From: Planctomycetota bacterium
GTDB taxonomy: Bacteria; Planctomycetota; PLA2; JAEUHO01
Direction: 5' to 3'
DNA: 64,000 nt
Assembly: GCA_050248855.1 (NCBI GenBank)
Contig: JBFWRP010000003.1
Span: 64,001-128,000, forward strand
The position numbers and the translations under genes are program-made. The notes beneath the pieces are model-generated. The model did no database searches. It had not been told where the DNA came from and saw only the letters and a list, made by a program, of their open reading frames with translations. How positions within the stretch are numbered: position 1 is the first letter of the stretch; every line of letters starts with the position of its first letter. This document shows, one piece after another, positions 60,623 to 64,000 of the stretch.

Positions 60623-61981
60623 ATGGCGGCCAAGACCCCCAAGCGCTACCCCGAGACGCGGGTCCTCTCGCGCAACTTCGACGTCGACAAGGCGTGGACG
60701 TTCGACGTCGCCCGCCAGCGGGGCGCGTACCGGAGCTTGGAGAAGGCGCTCTCCTCGATGACGCCCGACCAGGTCATCGACGAGGTCAAGTCCAGCCGCC
60801 TGCGCGGCCGCGGTGGCGCGGGCTTCCCGACGGGCGTCAAGTGGAGCTTCGTCCCCAAGCAGACGGACAAGACGAAGTACATCTGCCTCAACGCCGACGA
60901 GAGCGAGCCCGGTACGTTCAAGGACCGCTACCTGATGGAGCTCGATCCCCACCTGGTGATCGAGGGCTGCCTCATCACGGCCTACGCCGTCGGCGCGACG
61001 ATGGTCTACATCTACGTCCGCGGCGAGTACCCGCTGTCCATCGAGCGCCTCTGGGCGGCCATCGAGGAGGCCCGCAAGGAGGGCTTCGTCGGGAAGAAGA
61101 TCGCCGGCCGCGACTTCCACTGCGACGTCGTGGTGCACAGCGGCGCGGGCGCCTACATCTGCGGCGAGGAGACGGCGCTGCTCGAGTCGCTCGAGGGCAA
61201 GCGCGGCCACCCGCGCATCAAGCCGCCGTTCCCCGCCGTCGAGGGTGCCTTCGCCAGCCCCACGGTGATCAACAACGTCGAGACGCTTGCCCACGTGCCG
61301 TGGATCATCGAGCACGGTGGCGCGGCGTTCGCCAAGCAGGGGATCCCGCCCGACCCGGCCGACCCGCGCAGCGTCGGCAGCTCCGGCACCAAGCTGATGG
61401 GCGTGTCCGGCGACGTGAAGAAGCCCGGCGTGTGGGAGTTCGAGTTCGGCATCACCCTGCGCCAGCTCATCGACGACTACGCCGGCGGGGCGCTCGAGGG
61501 GCGCACGATCAAGGCCGTGATCCCCGGCGGGCTCAGCATGCCCGTGCTCACGGGCGACGAGCTCGACGTCAAGATGGGCTTCGACGACCTCAAGAAGGCC
61601 GGCAGCGGCCTGGGCACCGCGTGCGCCATCGTGATGGACGACACCTGCGACATGGTCCAGGCCTGCGAGAACATCGCGCACTTCTTCGCCGACGAGTCCT
61701 GCGGGCAGTGCACGCCCTGCCGCGAAGGCTGCCACTGGATGGAGAAGATCTTCCGCCGCTTCGATGCGGGGGAGGGCACGCGCGCGGACCTCGACCTGCT
61801 CGAGAACCTGTTCCGTCAGATCGAGGGCCGCACCATCTGCGCCCTGGCCGATGCCGCGGTCTGGCCGCTGCGCAGCATCGTGCGCAAGTTCCGCCACGAG
61901 TTCGTGGCCAAGATGTCGCCGGACGAGCAACGCGCCGAAGCCGAGGCACGCTCCGCTCGCCAGCCGGCAGGCGTGAAGTAG
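60623..61981 (+). CDS. nuoF: NADH-quinone oxidoreductase subunit F
   Basis: RGRGGAGFPTG, NADESEPGTFKDR, GAGAYICGEE, ESCGQCTPCREG. Confidence 0.97.
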   Translation: MAAKTPKRYPETRVLSRNFDVDKAWTFDVARQRGAYRSLEKALSSMTPDQVIDEVKSSRLRGRGGAGFPTGVKWSFVPKQTDKTKYICLNADESEPGTFKDRYLMELDPHLVIEGCLITAYAVGATMVYIYVRGEYPLSIERLWAAIEEARKEGFVGKKIAGRDFHCDVVVHSGAGAYICGEETALLESLEGKRGHPRIKPPFPAVEGAFASPTVINNVETLAHVPWIIEHGGAAFAKQGIPPDPADPRSVGSSGTKLMGVSGDVKKPGVWEFEFGITLRQLIDDYAGGALEGRTIKAVIPGGLSMPVLTGDELDVKMGFDDLKKAGSGLGTACAIVMDDTCDMVQACENIAHFFADESCGQCTPCREGCHWMEKIFRRFDAGEGTRADLDLLENLFRQIEGRTICALADAAVWPLRSIVRKFRHEFVAKMSPDEQRAEAEARSARQPAGVK

Positions 61982-61993
61982 GGGGCCCCGACG

Positions 61994-63538
61994 ATGAGCG
62001 CGCAGAGCTCCCCCGAGCCGGTCGTCACGATCAACGGGACGGCCTACCCCTACGAGCCGGGCGACACGGTGATCCGCGTCGCCCACCGTCACGGCATCGA
62101 GGTGCCCCACTACTGCTACCACCCGGCCATGTCGCCGGCGGGCAACTGCCGCATCTGCATGGTCGAGGTCGTCGGCAGCCCGCGTCCGCAGATCGCCTGC
62201 AAGATGGCCTGCACGCCGGGCCTCGCGGTGCGCACGGACAGCGACCTCGCCCACGAGGCCCGCGCCGACACGATGCAGATGCTGCTCGTGAACCATCCGC
62301 TGGACTGCCCGATCTGCGACCAGGCCGGCGAGTGCCACTTGCAGGACTACTCGTACCAGCTGGGCGCCGGGCGGGCCGTCACCACCACGCCCAAGACGAA
62401 GCTGCCCAAGAACCAGCCGTTCGGCGAGCAGATCGTGTACGACGCGGAGCGCTGCATCAAGTGCACCCTCTGCGTGCGCTTCTGCGAGGAGATCACCGAC
62501 ACCCACGAGCTGGCGATGGGCCAGCGCGGCGACCACGAGCAGGTCATCATGACCAGCGCGGGCGAGTTCACCACGCGCTACAGCATGAACATCGTGGACC
62601 TCTGCCCGGTGGGCGCGCTGACCAGCCGCGACTTCCGCTTCCGCAGCCGTCTCTGGTTCATGGACTTCGTGCCGAGCGTCTGCACGGGCTGCGCGCGCGG
62701 TTGCAACGTCACCGTGGGCGCACGCATGGGCAAGGTGCTGCGCCTCGAGCCCCGCGAGAACCAGGACGTCAACCGCTGGTGGATGTGCGACGTGGGCCGG
62801 CTCGACTACAAGCATGCCAACAGCCCCACGCGCCTCGGCGTGCCGGCGGTGCGCGACGCCTCGGGGGCCTGGCGCGAGGCCACCTACGAGCAGGCCATCC
62901 AAGCCGCCTCCGCCCTCCTGGCCGAGGTGCGTCGAGACGGACGTGCGGGTCACGTGCTCGTCGATGGCGGGGCCACGCTCGAGGAGATGTGGGTCGCCCG
63001 CGAGCTGGCCGCGGCGCTGGGCGGCGAGGCGCGCTACGCGTCCCACGTCGCCGACGACGCCGACGACTTCCTGATCGTGAACGAGAAGGGTGCCAACGCC
63101 CGCGGCGCCGCGGTCTTGGGCCTCGAGCGCGTGGACGACGCCGCGAACGCGTCGGCGGCCGTGCTGGTCGTCGAGCGCGACACCCACGTCCCGGCGACCT
63201 TGCGCGAGGCCAGCGGCGCCGTGGTCGCCTTCGTCACGGATGCCGCCCACGTGCCCGACTCGGTGCGGGTCGCGTTTCCCTTCGGCTCGTTCGCCGAGCG
63301 CGACGGCTGGCTCGTCAACGTCGACGGCCGCGTCCAGCGGCTCCGCAGCACGGACGAGGCCGGGCCGCCCGCGGTCCAGCCCTTCCCGGCGGTCGCCCAG
63401 GAGCTGCTCCTGGACCTGGACGCCCGCTACGACGTCCTGGACGACGCCGCCCTCGAGGCCCGCCTGCGCGCGACGCCCGGCGTGGCCGACCTGTCTTGGC
63501 CGTTCGCGGCCCGTGAGCCGGCGGAGGTGAGCTCGTGA
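61994..63538 (+). CDS. nuoG: NADH-quinone oxidoreductase subunit G (short form)
   Basis: CYHP..GNCRICMV, HPLDCPICDQAGEC, CIKCTLCVRFC, CPVGAL, CTGCARGC. Confidence 0.93.
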   Translation: MSAQSSPEPVVTINGTAYPYEPGDTVIRVAHRHGIEVPHYCYHPAMSPAGNCRICMVEVVGSPRPQIACKMACTPGLAVRTDSDLAHEARADTMQMLLVNHPLDCPICDQAGECHLQDYSYQLGAGRAVTTTPKTKLPKNQPFGEQIVYDAERCIKCTLCVRFCEEITDTHELAMGQRGDHEQVIMTSAGEFTTRYSMNIVDLCPVGALTSRDFRFRSRLWFMDFVPSVCTGCARGCNVTVGARMGKVLRLEPRENQDVNRWWMCDVGRLDYKHANSPTRLGVPAVRDASGAWREATYEQAIQAASALLAEVRRDGRAGHVLVDGGATLEEMWVARELAAALGGEARYASHVADDADDFLIVNEKGANARGAAVLGLERVDDAANASAAVLVVERDTHVPATLREASGAVVAFVTDAAHVPDSVRVAFPFGSFAERDGWLVNVDGRVQRLRSTDEAGPPAVQPFPAVAQELLLDLDARYDVLDDAALEARLRATPGVADLSWPFAAREPAEVSS

Positions 63539-64000
63539 CGACGGCTTGGTCCACGGTCCACGTCCTCGCCGGGATCTTCAGTCGCCCGGAGCATGGTGGG
63601 TCCACGCTCGGCTGGGTGATCGGCCGCGTGTTGCTGGTGCTGCTGGTGGCGCACGTCGTCCTGATCGTGGGCGCGCTCATGGTGTGGTCCGAGCGCCGCG
63701 TCAGCGCGTGGATGCAGGACCGCCTCGGTCCCAACCGCGTGGGCCCCGAGGGCTTGCTGCAGCCGCTTGCCGACCTCGGCAAGTTCATGTTCAAGGAGGA
63801 CGTGATCCCACGCCACGTGGATCGCTGGATCTACGTGCTGGCGCCGGCGATCTCGCTGCTCCCCGCGATGGTGACGTTCGCCGTGATTCCCTTCATGGGC
63901 GAGGTGCAGCAGGCCGGCGACTGGAGCTGGCACCAGTCCTGGCAGATCGCCGACCTCGACATCGGCGTCCTCTACATCCTGAGCATGGCCGGCATCAGCG
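63535..64000 (+). CDS. nuoH: NADH-quinone oxidoreductase subunit H (partial, runs off the window)
   Basis: WSERRVSAWMQDRLGPNRVGPEGLLQPLADLGKFMFKED. Confidence 0.95.
   Translation, partial: MTTAWSTVHVLAGIFSRPEHGGSTLGWVIGRVLLVLLVAHVVLIVGALMVWSERRVSAWMQDRLGPNRVGPEGLLQPLADLGKFMFKEDVIPRHVDRWIYVLAPAISLLPAMVTFAVIPFMGEVQQAGDWSWHQSWQIADLDIGVLYILSMAGIS

Overview
Very GC-rich bacterial chromosome segment. Planctomycetota is inferred from the gene content: expanded prenyltransferase/squalene-cyclase-like repeat proteins, a CRTAC1/ASPIC-UnbV protein, and groEL-groES-groEL-dnaJ-grpE. Most of the window is housekeeping: a SurA-like chaperone, an aminotransferase, rpsT, def, ribF, tRNA-Phe, asnB, the chaperone operon, queE, der, dppABC, lon and nuoA-H. 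Four things stand out. (1) A tandem array of five paralogous (alpha/alpha)-barrel prenyltransferase-like genes (2675-10894, order A-A-B-A-B). Type A members carry a TonB/TolA-like SxxxH membrane anchor and an acidic linker. Four of the five are preceded by a GAAC-N16-CGTT ECF-type promoter motif, and one copy looks mosaic. (2) A family of 97-bp TA-bounded inverted-repeat elements with identical arms but unrelated equal-length spacers. A second palindrome family, together with solo arms, brackets an orphan gene at 48.7-50.2 kb. (3) An apparently circularly permuted DppA-type solute-binding lipoprotein. (4) TANNNT boxes 6-8 nt before many start codons, suggesting widespread leaderless mRNAs. All calls come from reading the sequence; no database searches were run.
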